Below are positions 27,961 to 38,376 of a stretch of DNA of 64,000 bases, piece by piece. How positions within the stretch are numbered: the first letter of the stretch is position 1; every line of letters starts with the position of its first letter. The DNA is from a virus. A program made the position numbers and the translations under genes. The stretch is from IMG/VR virus record IMGVR_UViG_3300010354_000001, positions 1 to 64,000 of that record. One strand, 5' to 3'. A model generated the notes under the pieces. The model searched no databases, had not been told where the DNA came from, and saw only the letters and a program-made list of their open reading frames with translations.

Positions 27961-30900
27961 TTATTCTTCCTCTCTGTATAAAATCGAGTAAGGAACGCTA
28001 GCTCCGCTTAGATTAATTTTTAAGGTAATCGAATTTTTAAACTCTTCACCTATTGGTATTAAGTTTAAATTTCCAAAATATGAAGTTGTAGACTGACCAG
28101 ATACCGCAGAGCCATACGCTGTGAAGCTTTCAGGGTTTCCGTCTTTGGTTATTTTGGTGTTATAGAGCTGGTAAGTGCCTCCTGAACTAGTGCCTAAAAT
28201 AATATGGTCGATAATTCCACCTTTACTATTAGGTATATTAAGGGTAGTAGTGTCTGTGCTACCTGAACCGCTAAAGCCTGAAAAGCATTTAGCTTTTAAA
28301 TTACTTGTGTTTATTTTAGGTTGTAAAGAATATAAATCATTTAAAACTATTTCACCTTTAAAAACTGCTGCTGGTGAGCGTTCTAAATTATCTCTTCCTG
28401 TAATTACCCCTGCTAAATCTACTGATGCTTGCATGTGTGCCACGCAATTATTTCTACATTTACCTATATATTTAGAATCTAGATGAGTTATTAAACTAGC
28501 TAAACTATAAATTCCTTGTTTAATTTGTAAGCCTAAAGGGGCTGCTGCTGCACCTTGAGAATAGCAAACTAAAAATTTGTTGTTATTTAGTTTATGGATC
28601 ATTAAACTAGGCAGACTAGTGTTAATAAATTCGTTAGGGTTTAATTTAATTAAATTTATCGAGCCAAAGTCTGGGTCTATTTCGTATAAACAACCTAAAA
28701 TATCTGCGTCTGAGTTAATAATTGGGAAATATACTCTATTAGCTGTAGCAAATATGCTGCTAACAGTTTCACCAACTAAAGTGTTTGGGGTTGGTAATGT
28801 AATCACTATTCCTGTCGTTGAGATAGTGCCTCCAGTTACATCTATACCTAAAATTCTGTCTGCCCCAGATACCTTTCTATTAAAGAATAATTTATTTTTA
28901 ACGAGAACGCTAGAACCTAAAGCCCTATAAGAGCTACCAAAGTTATTAACTAACCCAGTGAGTGTAATGTTTACATTTGAACCGCTTAATTTATATGCGT
29001 CTGTTTGGTACGTTAATTTACACGCTATAGGACTGTTCACTGAATTATTTTGTGTCGCTATAACATAAGCACAGTCATTTGCTAGATCGTATTCTATATG
29101 TATAAATTCATTTAGTCCGCTAGCTCCGCCATTAAATCCTGTAAGCACTTGCTCCGTACCTACTCTCGCACCTAGTAAGTTAAAAGTGCCGATTTTAGGG
29201 TTTTCTCCACTGCTTCCTTTAGTGGCTGCTATGAATAATTCTCTAGAAGTATCAAAGGTTAAAGATACTGGCCCTTCCCCTGTGTGAGTGATACCTACGT
29301 TACCTATCATTCTTAAAGTTAAAGCTGCTTCGTCTATTTCCACCAAGACAAAGTTTCTCCACGCTCCTGTTCCGCTTGTTTTGCAAACTATCCCTAGTAA
29401 ATTTTTATTAGGTACTTTTTTAAAACATACGGCTGCATTGCTTCCTACACCGAATTGTATCTGTGAAATTAAACTATTTAAGCCCCCAGAAGCTAGAACA
29501 TTTCCGTCCTTATCTGTGTAACTAAAGCGAGATTCCGACCCGAAATCATTTATGGCTTGAATCGAGAATATCTTACCTCCTAAAGTTTCGCAAGAAAATA
29601 CATTATTAATAGGGCCTGAACCAGTTATATGGTTAGTTAAAAAAGATATTTCTGGCTCGTTTAAAGGATATACTTTTCCGTTAGGTCTTAATCCTACTGA
29701 GGCATTAGCACTTAATGTGCTTTCTGCTAAACCTAAAAATTCTTGGTTATTAGTAGTTATAGGTATCAAATTTTGGGTGCTAGAAATAACTAAAGAACCG
29801 TCTCTATCTCTATTACCTATAGTTTTTCCTGCGTTAGTTCTAGCCTGTAAAACGCCTATAAAGTTTTTAGTTAGTTCTACCAGAGCGTTAGCGTTATTTA
29901 AAACATCTAATTTAATAAAACCTAAAGGCTCAAACGCATTCTGAGAGTATAAAGCAGTTATATCCTTAACTAAGGATAAACTACATTCTGCGAAATTTCC
30001 TAAAATGCTAGAGCTAATAGGTATATGAGTAAAATCTATATATAAAACATTAGTTCCGTGGTTTACCGCAAAGCCGTTAGCGAATACTGTAGTAGAGTTT
30101 ACAGGTGCTATTCTTTTAGCGAAATTAGTTTTTAACTTTCCTACTACTTGTTTAGCGATAGCTCCTACCGAGCTAACTATCTCTATGAGAGTGTTTCCGA
30201 GTTTATCTATCACATATAATTTATTATTCGTGGTTATTAATCGCCTGCCTAAAGCTAAATTAAAACCAGAAGCCGTAGGGATTACATTATTTAAAATCTG
30301 TGCCGTTGCGTTGATAGTACCGCCAGAAATATTTACAGCGACTAAGTTTAAATTATTAGTTCCATTATTAAATATAGTGAATATTTTATTATCAAAAATT
30401 ACTGCTTCTCTAACTTGTTGGTTATTGTCCCCGTCTATATTTCCTGTTAATAAAACAACTGAACCACTTAACTTATAAGCGTCTGTTTGCCAAGTTACTT
30501 TTAAAGCTCTAGTTTCTCCTGCTGTAGAGGTGCTAACTATGGCGTAACATGCGTCCGATACTGAATCGTAAGCTATAGCTGCTAACCCAGTAGCATAACC
30601 GTTAGATGTAGAAATAACTTGCGTGGTTCCTAGTTGAGCTGCGACATTGCTGAAAGTCGCTACCCTAACAGATGTTGAGTTAGTTTTAGCTAATAAAATA
30701 AATCTATTTGAATTATCCGAAGTAACGCAAAACTCGTGCGTTGCTGCACTGGAAAGTATTGTAACTCCTGCGTTTACAGTTATTGCATTTGTAGAATCGT
30801 TAAAATCTACACTAAAAAATCTAACTCCAGTATTACCCAAGCTGTAAGCCAGTCCTACTGTGTTGTTAGCTCCTGCTAGTTTATGAGCTGAAATTATACT

Positions 30901-31320
30901 GTTAGCCACTAAACCAGTTAAAGTCGGTAAATTTATTTTTCCAGAAGTTAAGAAATTTAAATTATTATCGAAAATACTATAAGCTAATAAACTAACATCC
31001 GTTCTATGAGAATAAATAACTACTGTCTTATTGTTTGCATTAGTTCTAAAAGCTAATACTGGGTAGAAATTTCTTTCTTTAAATAAGTCATCGCCTTGAG
31101 CTAATATATTGCTTGCCCTTCTTACTTTTCCGTCTGCGTCTAGCTTAACTAAAGTATCCGCAAGTAAATCCTCCCCAGCTACTAAAGTTAATTCTTTAGT
31201 AATATCTGGCGGGATTAATGTAGGCAGATTTGTTATCGATGTGGATATTGCATCAGTTCTAGTTATCAGTTCTTTACGAACTCTATTTACTGCGTTTTCT
31301 ACTAGTGGGTCGATACTCAT
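27961..31320 (-). CDS. Large beta-rich protein with two internal repeats (putative tandem beta-propeller receptor-binding/virion protein)
   Basis: 1119 aa; duplicated segments, e.g. DACYAI..KVTWQTDAYKLSGS and DCAYVI..KLTYQTDAYKLSGS. Confidence 0.7.
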   Translation of the reverse strand: MSIDPLVENAVNRVRKELITRTDAISTSITNLPTLIPPDITKELTLVAGEDLLADTLVKLDADGKVRRASNILAQGDDLFKERNFYPVLAFRTNANNKTVVIYSHRTDVSLLAYSIFDNNLNFLTSGKINLPTLTGLVANSIISAHKLAGANNTVGLAYSLGNTGVRFFSVDFNDSTNAITVNAGVTILSSAATHEFCVTSDNSNRFILLAKTNSTSVRVATFSNVAAQLGTTQVISTSNGYATGLAAIAYDSVSDACYAIVSTSTAGETRALKVTWQTDAYKLSGSVVLLTGNIDGDNNQQVREAVIFDNKIFTIFNNGTNNLNLVAVNISGGTINATAQILNNVIPTASGFNLALGRRLITTNNKLYVIDKLGNTLIEIVSSVGAIAKQVVGKLKTNFAKRIAPVNSTTVFANGFAVNHGTNVLYIDFTHIPISSSILGNFAECSLSLVKDITALYSQNAFEPLGFIKLDVLNNANALVELTKNFIGVLQARTNAGKTIGNRDRDGSLVISSTQNLIPITTNNQEFLGLAESTLSANASVGLRPNGKVYPLNEPEISFLTNHITGSGPINNVFSCETLGGKIFSIQAINDFGSESRFSYTDKDGNVLASGGLNSLISQIQFGVGSNAAVCFKKVPNKNLLGIVCKTSGTGAWRNFVLVEIDEAALTLRMIGNVGITHTGEGPVSLTFDTSRELFIAATKGSSGENPKIGTFNLLGARVGTEQVLTGFNGGASGLNEFIHIEYDLANDCAYVIATQNNSVNSPIACKLTYQTDAYKLSGSNVNITLTGLVNNFGSSYRALGSSVLVKNKLFFNRKVSGADRILGIDVTGGTISTTGIVITLPTPNTLVGETVSSIFATANRVYFPIINSDADILGCLYEIDPDFGSINLIKLNPNEFINTSLPSLMIHKLNNNKFLVCYSQGAAAAPLGLQIKQGIYSLASLITHLDSKYIGKCRNNCVAHMQASVDLAGVITGRDNLERSPAAVFKGEIVLNDLYSLQPKINTSNLKAKCFSGFSGSGSTDTTTLNIPNSKGGIIDHIILGTSSGGTYQLYNTKITKDGNPESFTAYGSAVSGQSTTSYFGNLNLIPIGEEFKNSITLKINLSGASVPYSILYREEE

Positions 31321-31398
31321 TAAAATTCTTAATAAACGTAACGTATTTACGTTTTCTTATCAAATTATACCTCACTGTGCATAGTATAATTTGGGTAT

Positions 31399-31551
31399 AT
31401 GATTTCTACACTCCCAAAACTTGTTCCCGTAATTGCAGTGAAGCATAAAGAAGACAAACTTGTAGAAGCTGTAGAAAAAGCAGCCGTTGATAAAGTTTTA
31501 AAAACTTTAAACGATATTACTGCTGAAAAAAGATTAGATATTAAGGCTTAA
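31399..31551 (+). CDS. Small hypothetical protein (50 aa, leaderless; not in ORF track)
   Basis: TAGTATAAT 8 nt before ATG ATT TCT ACA CTC CCA...; open to TAA 31551. Confidence 0.55.
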   Translation: MISTLPKLVPVIAVKHKEDKLVEAVEKAAVDKVLKTLNDITAEKRLDIKA

Positions 31552-31865
31552 ATTTTCAAAACTGTTTCGCCTTGAAAATTAAATAAAATATTAGCTCCAG
31601 TTGTAGCAGCTTGTACTTGGATAGCTTGATTAGCATCTGATACTAGGGGATAGTCAAAACTGATAGCTACAGGAGTAGGCATAGTAGCACTAGCTGAAAA
31701 AGTAGCTACTATAGTAGCCCCTACTAATATATTAAACAGGGTAGCCGTAGCTGAAGTATTTTGGAATTGTATAGATTTGACTATATTTATAGTCTTAGCT
31801 ACCGCAGGCAGAATGTTCTGTGCAGTGGTATTGGTGATAGTTAATGTGCTGCAAACTCTAGGCAT
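31548..31865 (-). CDS. Small beta-sandwich protein, paralog 1
   Basis: Shares TNTTA..P/NTSATAT/A.TTGAN motifs with 31922-32254. Confidence 0.8.
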   Translation of the reverse strand: MPRVCSTLTITNTTAQNILPAVAKTINIVKSIQFQNTSATATLFNILVGATIVATFSASATMPTPVAISFDYPLVSDANQAIQVQAATTGANILFNFQGETVLKI

Positions 31866-31874
31866 AATTTAATT

Positions 31875-31899
31875 AAAGAGATGGCGAACCATCTCTTTT
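31875..31899. terminator. Hairpin terminator
   Basis: AAAGAGATGG-CGAA-CCATCTCTTT perfect stem with a tetraloop (TTCG on the minus strand). Confidence 0.7.
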
Positions 31900-31921
31900 G
31901 TATAATGTTGTTGACTAACTA

Positions 31922-32254
31922 TTAAGGTCTGATCTTAACTTCGCCTAAAGCGTTAACAATTACGTTAGCTCCTGTAGTTACGGCAATTATGTTAATATCT
32001 TGATTAATTGCAGATTCCCAAGCTAGATCCCACTTAGTTAAATCTATGATTACTGGATCTGTCATACTTGCACCTGCGTTGAAGCTGGCTATTACAGTAG
32101 TACCTCTACGTAAGTTAATTACTGTAGCTGTAGCACTTGTGTTATGGTAAGTAAGCACTTTCAGTAAGTTAAGAGACTTAGCTGCTGCTGGAAATAGTGT
32201 AGCTGCGGTCGTGTTAGTTAGAGTTGCTGTCGCTTGAATATTTTGCATACCCAA
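31922..32254 (-). CDS. Small beta-sandwich protein, paralog 2 (likely start 32248)
   Basis: Paralog of 31548-31865; TACACT 6 nt before ATG. Confidence 0.8.
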   Translation of the reverse strand: MGMQNIQATATLTNTTAATLFPAAAKSLNLLKVLTYHNTSATATVINLRRGTTVIASFNAGASMTDPVIIDLTKWDLAWESAINQDINIIAVTTGANVIVNALGEVKIRP

Positions 32255-32346
32255 AGTGTACTATGAGAAAAATTTAATCTACAGGTTTGTAAGTTTAACA
32301 CATCCTTAATAAAACTTGGTATAATGATCTCAAAGGAAATGAAAAC

Positions 32347-33102
32347 ATGAGTAATTTAAAAGAAAAAGTAAAGGATATCCCAGTATTAACTAAAGAAGAA
32401 GAGAGAAATCTTTTCGCAAGATTAGGGAATGGGGATAATTCCGTAGTTGATAAGTTAATAGAGCATAACTTAAGATTAGTGGCGAGTATAGCCATAAAAA
32501 TCTGCACCTCTAGATTAAGCCTAGATACAGATGACCTAATATCGGAAGGAGTAATAGGATTAAAAACAGCGATCCTTAAGTATGAGTATAAAAGAAACTT
32601 AAAATTTAGCACATACGCTACCTACTGGATTAGGCAGGCCATGATTAGGGCCATATACAACAAAAGCAAAATAGTTAGGATTCCTTGCTACATGGAGGAG
32701 AGGCTGGCTACTAAACGTAAAGCCTCTAAATACGGCATAGAAGTTTCTGAGGATAACGAACCTTTAGAGGTTATAAGTTTCGTTGATGTGGACTATACTG
32801 CGGATTATAGAGGATTGGCTCACGGGGATCTTGCCAGTAACTTAGAGGCTTGGAACGGTAAGCTGGATTCTAATATAACTAGAGCAGAAGCTAAGTTAGA
32901 CAGAAGTAGCTTATGTGCTGCTATATCTGAGATAAAAGTGATCTCTCCAAAAGAAAGACGTACTTTTTACTATTCTGTAGCAGGGGAGTCAGTGAAAAAT
33001 ATAGCTAAAAGATTAAGAACTTCTCCAGATAAAGTTAGAGGGGTAGTTAGAAAAGTGACAAATGTTGTTAGAGGAGCTATATCGTGTCAGGATTACTTAT
33101 AA
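32347..33102 (+). CDS. Phage-encoded sigma-70 family RNA polymerase sigma factor
   Basis: LTKEEE, LIEHNLRLVASIA, DDLISEGVIGL, KFSTYATYWIRQAM..IVRIP (regions 1.2-2.4), C-terminal HTH. Confidence 0.95.
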   Translation: MSNLKEKVKDIPVLTKEEERNLFARLGNGDNSVVDKLIEHNLRLVASIAIKICTSRLSLDTDDLISEGVIGLKTAILKYEYKRNLKFSTYATYWIRQAMIRAIYNKSKIVRIPCYMEERLATKRKASKYGIEVSEDNEPLEVISFVDVDYTADYRGLAHGDLASNLEAWNGKLDSNITRAEAKLDRSSLCAAISEIKVISPKERRTFYYSVAGESVKNIAKRLRTSPDKVRGVVRKVTNVVRGAISCQDYL

Positions 33103-33245
33103 TGTATACTAGTGCGTTATCTTTTGTTTCTGGTGTATGGTATACTAGGCGTATATACGAGGAAAAAGAGAAAGCTGCGGCCAATGATAGAGCTAAAGCT
33201 GCGGCCAATGATAGAGCTAAAGCTGAGGAGATTGCAAAGAAATGA
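33102..33245 (+). CDS. Small hypothetical protein with a tandem 8-aa (24-bp) duplication
   Basis: TAATG and ATGA overlaps with neighbours; AAAGCTGCGGCCAATGATAGAGCT twice. Confidence 0.55.
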   Translation: MYTSALSFVSGVWYTRRIYEEKEKAAANDRAKAAANDRAKAEEIAKK

Positions 33246-34294
33246 ACGAAGATCAATGTGTAACAAGAACTAAGATAGAATCAGTAGTGCCCATCCCTAA
33301 TGCGGATAGAATAGAATCTCTTAAACTTAGTAACGGATTCCAAGTAAGTTGGAATAAAAATGTATATAAGGAAGGAGAGGAAGTTCTATATATAAGAGAG
33401 CAGGCCGTACTACCTCCTAAATTAATTACTGAGTTAGGCTTAGACGGTATGTTATCTGGCAATGCTAAGAATAGAGTTAAAGCTAGAAGGTTTAAGCAAG
33501 TCTATTCAGAAGGCTTGTTAATGAAGGCAGAATCTACTAAAACTTTACCAGAAGAAGAGTTGGATAAATTCTTTGAAATTACTAAATATGTCCCAGCTCC
33601 TCCTAGAGGTACTGGAGCTAAAAATCTATACGGTGATGTCTTCTATTTAGGTGCAGTTGCAGATTTTGAAGTGCATAAATTCAAAGATAGGATTCCTCCT
33701 TCTGTGGATAAATTTGACATAGTGACTGAGAAGATACATGGCACTAATGTAAGAATTGGTAAAGTAGAAGTAAAACCTCTAAAAAGATGGTTTCATAAAA
33801 TAACTAAATTTTTAGGGATAAGAGTTAAAGGTAGACTATTCGGCCCTAACTGTGATATGTACGTCTGTTCCAAAGGTCAAGGTAATAAAGGATTAGTCTT
33901 TCATGATTATGTAGATAATGCTTATACTAGAATATTTAAGAAGTATCAAGAGTCTTTTAAATACTTTAAACCTGGAGATTATTTAGTAGGGGAAATTGCA
34001 GGGCCTAATATTCAGAAAGGTTTTGATTATGGGCTAGCTGAAGATGATTTATTTGTGATAGATTTTAAAGGTAATTTAGTTGCGACTGGCGATAAATTTA
34101 TTAGGGCTACTCCTGCAATTACTATAGACTGCACTATTGAGGATTTCTTTAAACTGGACATAGAAACTCTTGACACAAAGGTAAGTGAGAACTCTCACAT
34201 GGCTGAAGGAATAGTAGGTAAGTCTGGGAAATTTATGATGAAGAGAGTATCCGAAAGATACAAGTTGAGGAGTGATGGAACTGAGTTCAATTGA
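33242..34294 (+). CDS. RNA ligase (Rnl2/DRB0094-like) with N-terminal tRNA-binding OB-like domain
   Basis: IPNADRIE..RVKARRFKQVYSEGLL N-domain; motif I TEKIHGTN; GEIAGPNIQK; EGIV. Confidence 0.9.
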   Translation: MNEDQCVTRTKIESVVPIPNADRIESLKLSNGFQVSWNKNVYKEGEEVLYIREQAVLPPKLITELGLDGMLSGNAKNRVKARRFKQVYSEGLLMKAESTKTLPEEELDKFFEITKYVPAPPRGTGAKNLYGDVFYLGAVADFEVHKFKDRIPPSVDKFDIVTEKIHGTNVRIGKVEVKPLKRWFHKITKFLGIRVKGRLFGPNCDMYVCSKGQGNKGLVFHDYVDNAYTRIFKKYQESFKYFKPGDYLVGEIAGPNIQKGFDYGLAEDDLFVIDFKGNLVATGDKFIRATPAITIDCTIEDFFKLDIETLDTKVSENSHMAEGIVGKSGKFMMKRVSERYKLRSDGTEFN

Positions 34295-34411
34295 GCTATT
34301 AGCTAATATCGCGGTTATACTTATGGGTTTAGAGTCCGCAGGTAGATACGTTACAAAACATATCCCTACTTTTTATAGATATGTTACTAGAATGTTAATA
34401 TCTATGATATT

Positions 34412-35569
34412 ATGGGTATTAAAAAAGGTGAGAAAATGATAATCAAAACACTATATAAATTAGACACTAAAGGTAAAACAAGAGTATTGCACATGCACTT
34501 GGAAGGGGATAGTTATTATACTTCTCACGGCATTTTAAACGGCAAAATCATTACCGACAAACCCACAAAAGCCGTTCCTAAAAACGTAGGTAGGGCTAAT
34601 GCTACTACGGCAGAAGAGCAGGCTAAATTGGAAGCTGAGGCTAAGATCACTAAGAAAATTGAAGAGGGGTACTTCGAGAATTTAGAAGACATAAGCGAAG
34701 GAGTAAGTTTCTTTGAACCTATGTTAGCTCATAAGTTTAATGAAAAGTTTAAGCCTACTAGTGCTGAGATTTATTCACAGCCTAAGCTAGATGGCATTAG
34801 AGCTATTGCAAGAAGAGAGAAAGGCGAGATAGTCTTAAGAACCAGAAACGGTAAAGTTATAGTCCCTTGTGAAGCTATAGAGCGTGCATTATCTTCTTTT
34901 CTGCCTGAAGATGTTATCTTAGACGGGGAGCTGTATAATCACGAGTTTAAGGATGACTTTAATAAGATAGTATCGCTAGTGAAAAAATCTAAACCAGATG
35001 CTAGCGAAATACAAGAAGCGAATAAACTGATACAGTATCATGTATATGATGTAGTATCTACGTTAGCTCCTAATGCACCCTTCTTTAAAAGAGTGGCAGA
35101 TTTAGCAGTTCTAGAATCTGACATTAGAGACAGGGGAGCTCATTTAGAGATTAAAGTAGTTCCTACACTAATACTCAAAGGCGATGACTTAAAAGCTATA
35201 GATGCTGTATACGAATACTATCTAAAAGAGGGTTATGAAGGTCAAATGATTAGACTTAACACTAAGTATGAGAATAAGAGAAGTAACGGATTACTTAAAC
35301 GTAAAGAGTTCTTGTCTGAGGAATTTGAGATAGTAGCTATAAACGAAGGTATAGGTAATAGAGCTGGTACAGCAGGCAATGCTACCCTTAAACTTTCAGA
35401 TGGTAGAACATTTAGCTCTAATATAAAAGGGGATAGAGAGTTTGTGGCTGAGCTATTAAATAATGCAAAGTCAGTGATTGGTAAAAAAGCTACAGTAGTA
35501 TTTTTCAACTACACCCCAGACGGAATACCTAGATTTCCATTTGTACATTCTATAAGGGATTACGAATAA
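34412..35569 (+). CDS. ATP-dependent DNA ligase (likely start 34436)
   Basis: PMLAH, QPKLDGIR, LDGELY, YEGQMIR, LLKRK, PRFP. Confidence 0.95.
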   Translation: MGIKKGEKMIIKTLYKLDTKGKTRVLHMHLEGDSYYTSHGILNGKIITDKPTKAVPKNVGRANATTAEEQAKLEAEAKITKKIEEGYFENLEDISEGVSFFEPMLAHKFNEKFKPTSAEIYSQPKLDGIRAIARREKGEIVLRTRNGKVIVPCEAIERALSSFLPEDVILDGELYNHEFKDDFNKIVSLVKKSKPDASEIQEANKLIQYHVYDVVSTLAPNAPFFKRVADLAVLESDIRDRGAHLEIKVVPTLILKGDDLKAIDAVYEYYLKEGYEGQMIRLNTKYENKRSNGLLKRKEFLSEEFEIVAINEGIGNRAGTAGNATLKLSDGRTFSSNIKGDREFVAELLNNAKSVIGKKATVVFFNYTPDGIPRFPFVHSIRDYE

Positions 35570-36417
35570 TGCCAAAAAAGATTAACAGCCCTATAAGATA
35601 TCCAGGTGGTAAATCTAAATACTTTAATCTATTCGAGAAGTATGTAGCTAAAGGGGATTTTGATACTTTCATAGAGCCTTTCGCAGGCGGAGCGAGCATA
35701 GGTATTAATACTATGATCCTGCATCCTAAAAAGCAATATATTCTTAACGATAAACATGAAGGAGTTTATGCTTTCTGGAAAGAGGTTTGCGACTATGCTT
35801 ATGTTGGAGATTTCTTGCCGTTGAGCATACCTTTAGTAGCTAAAGTAAAAGAAATCCAAGCTAGATTTCAAGATAACGGTAAAGCTCTTTATGAGCTCTG
35901 TAGGATTTTTGAATCGAAAGATATACTAACGCAAGCGGCTAAATTCTTTATACTTAATAGAATTACTTTCTCTGGCACAGCAGATAGTGGAGGTTACTCT
36001 GAATCTGCATTTAAAAGCAGGTTTACAGAATCCTCTATAGAGAGATTGTCAGATTGCGTAAGACTGTTTAGTCACAGAAAAGTATCAGTATTTAACAAGA
36101 ACGCTGTAGATCTTTTGGCTAATTATAATAACGAGGATACATTAGTTTACCTAGATCCTCCATACTATACAGCTAAAAAACTTTATGGATTCAGAGGTAA
36201 ATTACATGATGAGTTTAACCATCAAGAACTTAAACTTTTCTTAAGAAACAGAGCTAAGTTTAAATGGTTTATGTCTTATGATAACTGCGAGTGGGTAAGT
36301 GAAGCTTACAAAGGTTTTAACAAAGAGTTAATAAATTTAAGATATGGTATGGATAACGCAGGGGGTAATTCCTGTAAGATAGGAAATGAAGTTATTATAT
36401 CTAACTTTGTGGTATAA
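35569..36417 (+). CDS. Dam-like N6-adenine DNA methyltransferase (D12 class)
   Basis: SPIRYPGGKS, EPFAGG, YLDPPY. Confidence 0.93.
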   Translation: MPKKINSPIRYPGGKSKYFNLFEKYVAKGDFDTFIEPFAGGASIGINTMILHPKKQYILNDKHEGVYAFWKEVCDYAYVGDFLPLSIPLVAKVKEIQARFQDNGKALYELCRIFESKDILTQAAKFFILNRITFSGTADSGGYSESAFKSRFTESSIERLSDCVRLFSHRKVSVFNKNAVDLLANYNNEDTLVYLDPPYYTAKKLYGFRGKLHDEFNHQELKLFLRNRAKFKWFMSYDNCEWVSEAYKGFNKELINLRYGMDNAGGNSCKIGNEVIISNFVV

Positions 36418-36441
36418 TGAAAGCGTAAAGGAAAACAAACA

Positions 36442-37563
36442 ATGAAAAGATTAATATTAATTATAAGCTTAATGCTTCTAAGTAGCAAGGCAATGGCTTG
36501 CTCTTACCATACTAAAATTAACTTTAAAACTTCTAGGGCCACATGGAACGGTGATGGTGCTTTTACTTGTGGAAATAACACCTGCTACCAAGAGAATTTA
36601 AAATATACTTATTGGAAACCTGTTAATGAAAATAAATTAAGGCTACCTAAGTTTAGATTTTCTGAGGATATACCAAAGCCGATTAGAGATTTAGTGTTAT
36701 TAAAAATAGAAAAAGATTTATTAGGTTTACCCGCAGGTGTTCTGGAAAATGAGATAGTGGAAAATGAGGCTGCCTTTGCAACTGGAGTAGATGATTGGTT
36801 TAATTTCGCTGTCATCTACCCTAATGATACCCCTTATTTTAGAGCTTTATTGGCTTACGCTAATTTACAAAAAGATAATTTTAGATTGGATGAAAACAAA
36901 AATATGTATGAAGTTTTAGGTGGCAATCTTAGGCTAGTCAGTTTCTTTTTAGATAGAGAAGATTTAACCGTAGATGCTAAAGCTAACGTATTAGTGCATG
37001 AGTTCTTGCACTATTTTTTAAATCATTCTCAAGGCGATACGGTCAAATATGATTACTTATTTAAAGGATCTAAAAAAAGACAGTGGGTAATGGGCAAGAT
37101 AGGAGAATCAGTGCCAATCATGTACCCTACCCCAGCATTAGGTAAAGCTAAGATCATGCAAGAAGATGTAGCTCAGTTCAGAGAAGTCATAGGATTGCCC
37201 CAAGATAAGGATACTACTACTGTATCTGGAGTAGTAACTTGGAACAGTGTTTTAGTTAAGGCTGCTAGATTAACTTTTATTAACTTAGAGAATCCAGACT
37301 GGACTCAGAATGTTGAAATAGATGGTCTAAGAGCTGGTGATGGAAGCTTTACTGTTTACGGACTAAAGAAAGGAACTTATGAGATTAGACTCGAAGCTGT
37401 AAATCCAATGTTTGCAGATTTAACTGCTTGGAACAAGTTTAAAGACAAGCCAGTGAATATGCCGACTGCGGTTTTCCTTAAAAACAAAAAAGGTAGGAAG
37501 ATTAAATTTGTTTCGGACATAGATAAGAATATTAATTTAGATTTTAGGAGTGTTGAAATATGA
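36442..37563 (+). CDS. Secreted metzincin-type metalloprotease with C-terminal carboxypeptidase-regulatory-like domain
   Basis: Signal peptide MKRLILIISLMLLSSKAMA, HEFLHYFLNH zinc motif, IMYP Met-turn, DGSFTVYGL..GTYEIR. Confidence 0.75.
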   Translation: MKRLILIISLMLLSSKAMACSYHTKINFKTSRATWNGDGAFTCGNNTCYQENLKYTYWKPVNENKLRLPKFRFSEDIPKPIRDLVLLKIEKDLLGLPAGVLENEIVENEAAFATGVDDWFNFAVIYPNDTPYFRALLAYANLQKDNFRLDENKNMYEVLGGNLRLVSFFLDREDLTVDAKANVLVHEFLHYFLNHSQGDTVKYDYLFKGSKKRQWVMGKIGESVPIMYPTPALGKAKIMQEDVAQFREVIGLPQDKDTTTVSGVVTWNSVLVKAARLTFINLENPDWTQNVEIDGLRAGDGSFTVYGLKKGTYEIRLEAVNPMFADLTAWNKFKDKPVNMPTAVFLKNKKGRKIKFVSDIDKNINLDFRSVEI

Positions 37564-37925
37564 AAATAGTATACCCAGATTATATGCCTGATTGGAGCGG
37601 TTCACGAGGCCGTCTATACCCCTCTAAAGGAGAGGTATTGGAGACAAATCCCCAAGTTAAGGGGATGTCCGAAAAGCAAAGAAAACTGTTGCAGAGGCAC
37701 CACATTGACCTAGATCGAATGAATCCAGATCCTAAAAACATTCACCTTCTCGATGCCGAAACTCACGAGGGAGTACACAAACAAGAAAGAGCCTTATCCT
37801 CTGCCTTAATTAAGGCAGGAATCATAGGATACGATAGAGAGAATCCACACTACTTTATAGCAGACAGTAATGTTAGAAGGGTTTTGCAGAAAATGTTTGG
37901 GGGAGGGGGTACATCGAATGACTAA
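37560..37925 (+). CDS. HNH-like endonuclease
   Basis: HHIDLDRMNPDPKNIHLL...HEGVH. Confidence 0.7.
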   Translation: MKIVYPDYMPDWSGSRGRLYPSKGEVLETNPQVKGMSEKQRKLLQRHHIDLDRMNPDPKNIHLLDAETHEGVHKQERALSSALIKAGIIGYDRENPHYFIADSNVRRVLQKMFGGGGTSND

Positions 37926-38373
37926 AAGAATTAAAGAGCTATTTGCCGCTGTTATGCATAGGGCCTACACTGAAGAGTGTGCAGACACCGAGTCATTAGT
38001 GGCTATGGAGGAATTGCAAGGACTTGTAGATAAACTAATAGACGAGAATAAGATACTTAATCTTATGACCAAGACTAGTGATGCAGCTACAGGAATTATA
38101 AACGACCAAAAACTGCATGGGTTACTGCTTAAGTTTTATGATATGTTTACAGAACACTTTCCACCAGAAGATGATTTTAAAATAGATGTAGACTTTGATC
38201 CTGAAGATGAAATAAACGAAGATAGAATAGTCATAACAGTGATGACCAGATCAGACGATCTGGAAGGTTACTTAGATAAATATTTTTTAGTTTATCAGGA
38301 GTTAGATCAGGCTAGAAAATTATTAGCTCCTGAGTGTAAGCATGTAGGATTTGGTATACAGTATGTGGAGTAG
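37870..38373 (+). CDS. Hypothetical protein (likely start 37918)
   Basis: Acidic ORF; GGAGG upstream of MTKRIK. Confidence 0.7.
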   Translation: MLEGFCRKCLGEGVHRMTKRIKELFAAVMHRAYTEECADTESLVAMEELQGLVDKLIDENKILNLMTKTSDAATGIINDQKLHGLLLKFYDMFTEHFPPEDDFKIDVDFDPEDEINEDRIVITVMTRSDDLEGYLDKYFLVYQELDQARKLLAPECKHVGFGIQYVE

Positions 38374-38376
38374 GTT

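Noticed and set aside
1003-31384. Many plus-strand 60-140 aa ORFs within the structural module
   Set aside because: They are antisense shadows of well-supported minus-strand genes, with no RBS or motifs (except tnpB and 24966-25331).
32295-32612. 105-aa minus-strand ORF
   Set aside because: Antisense shadow of the sigma factor gene.
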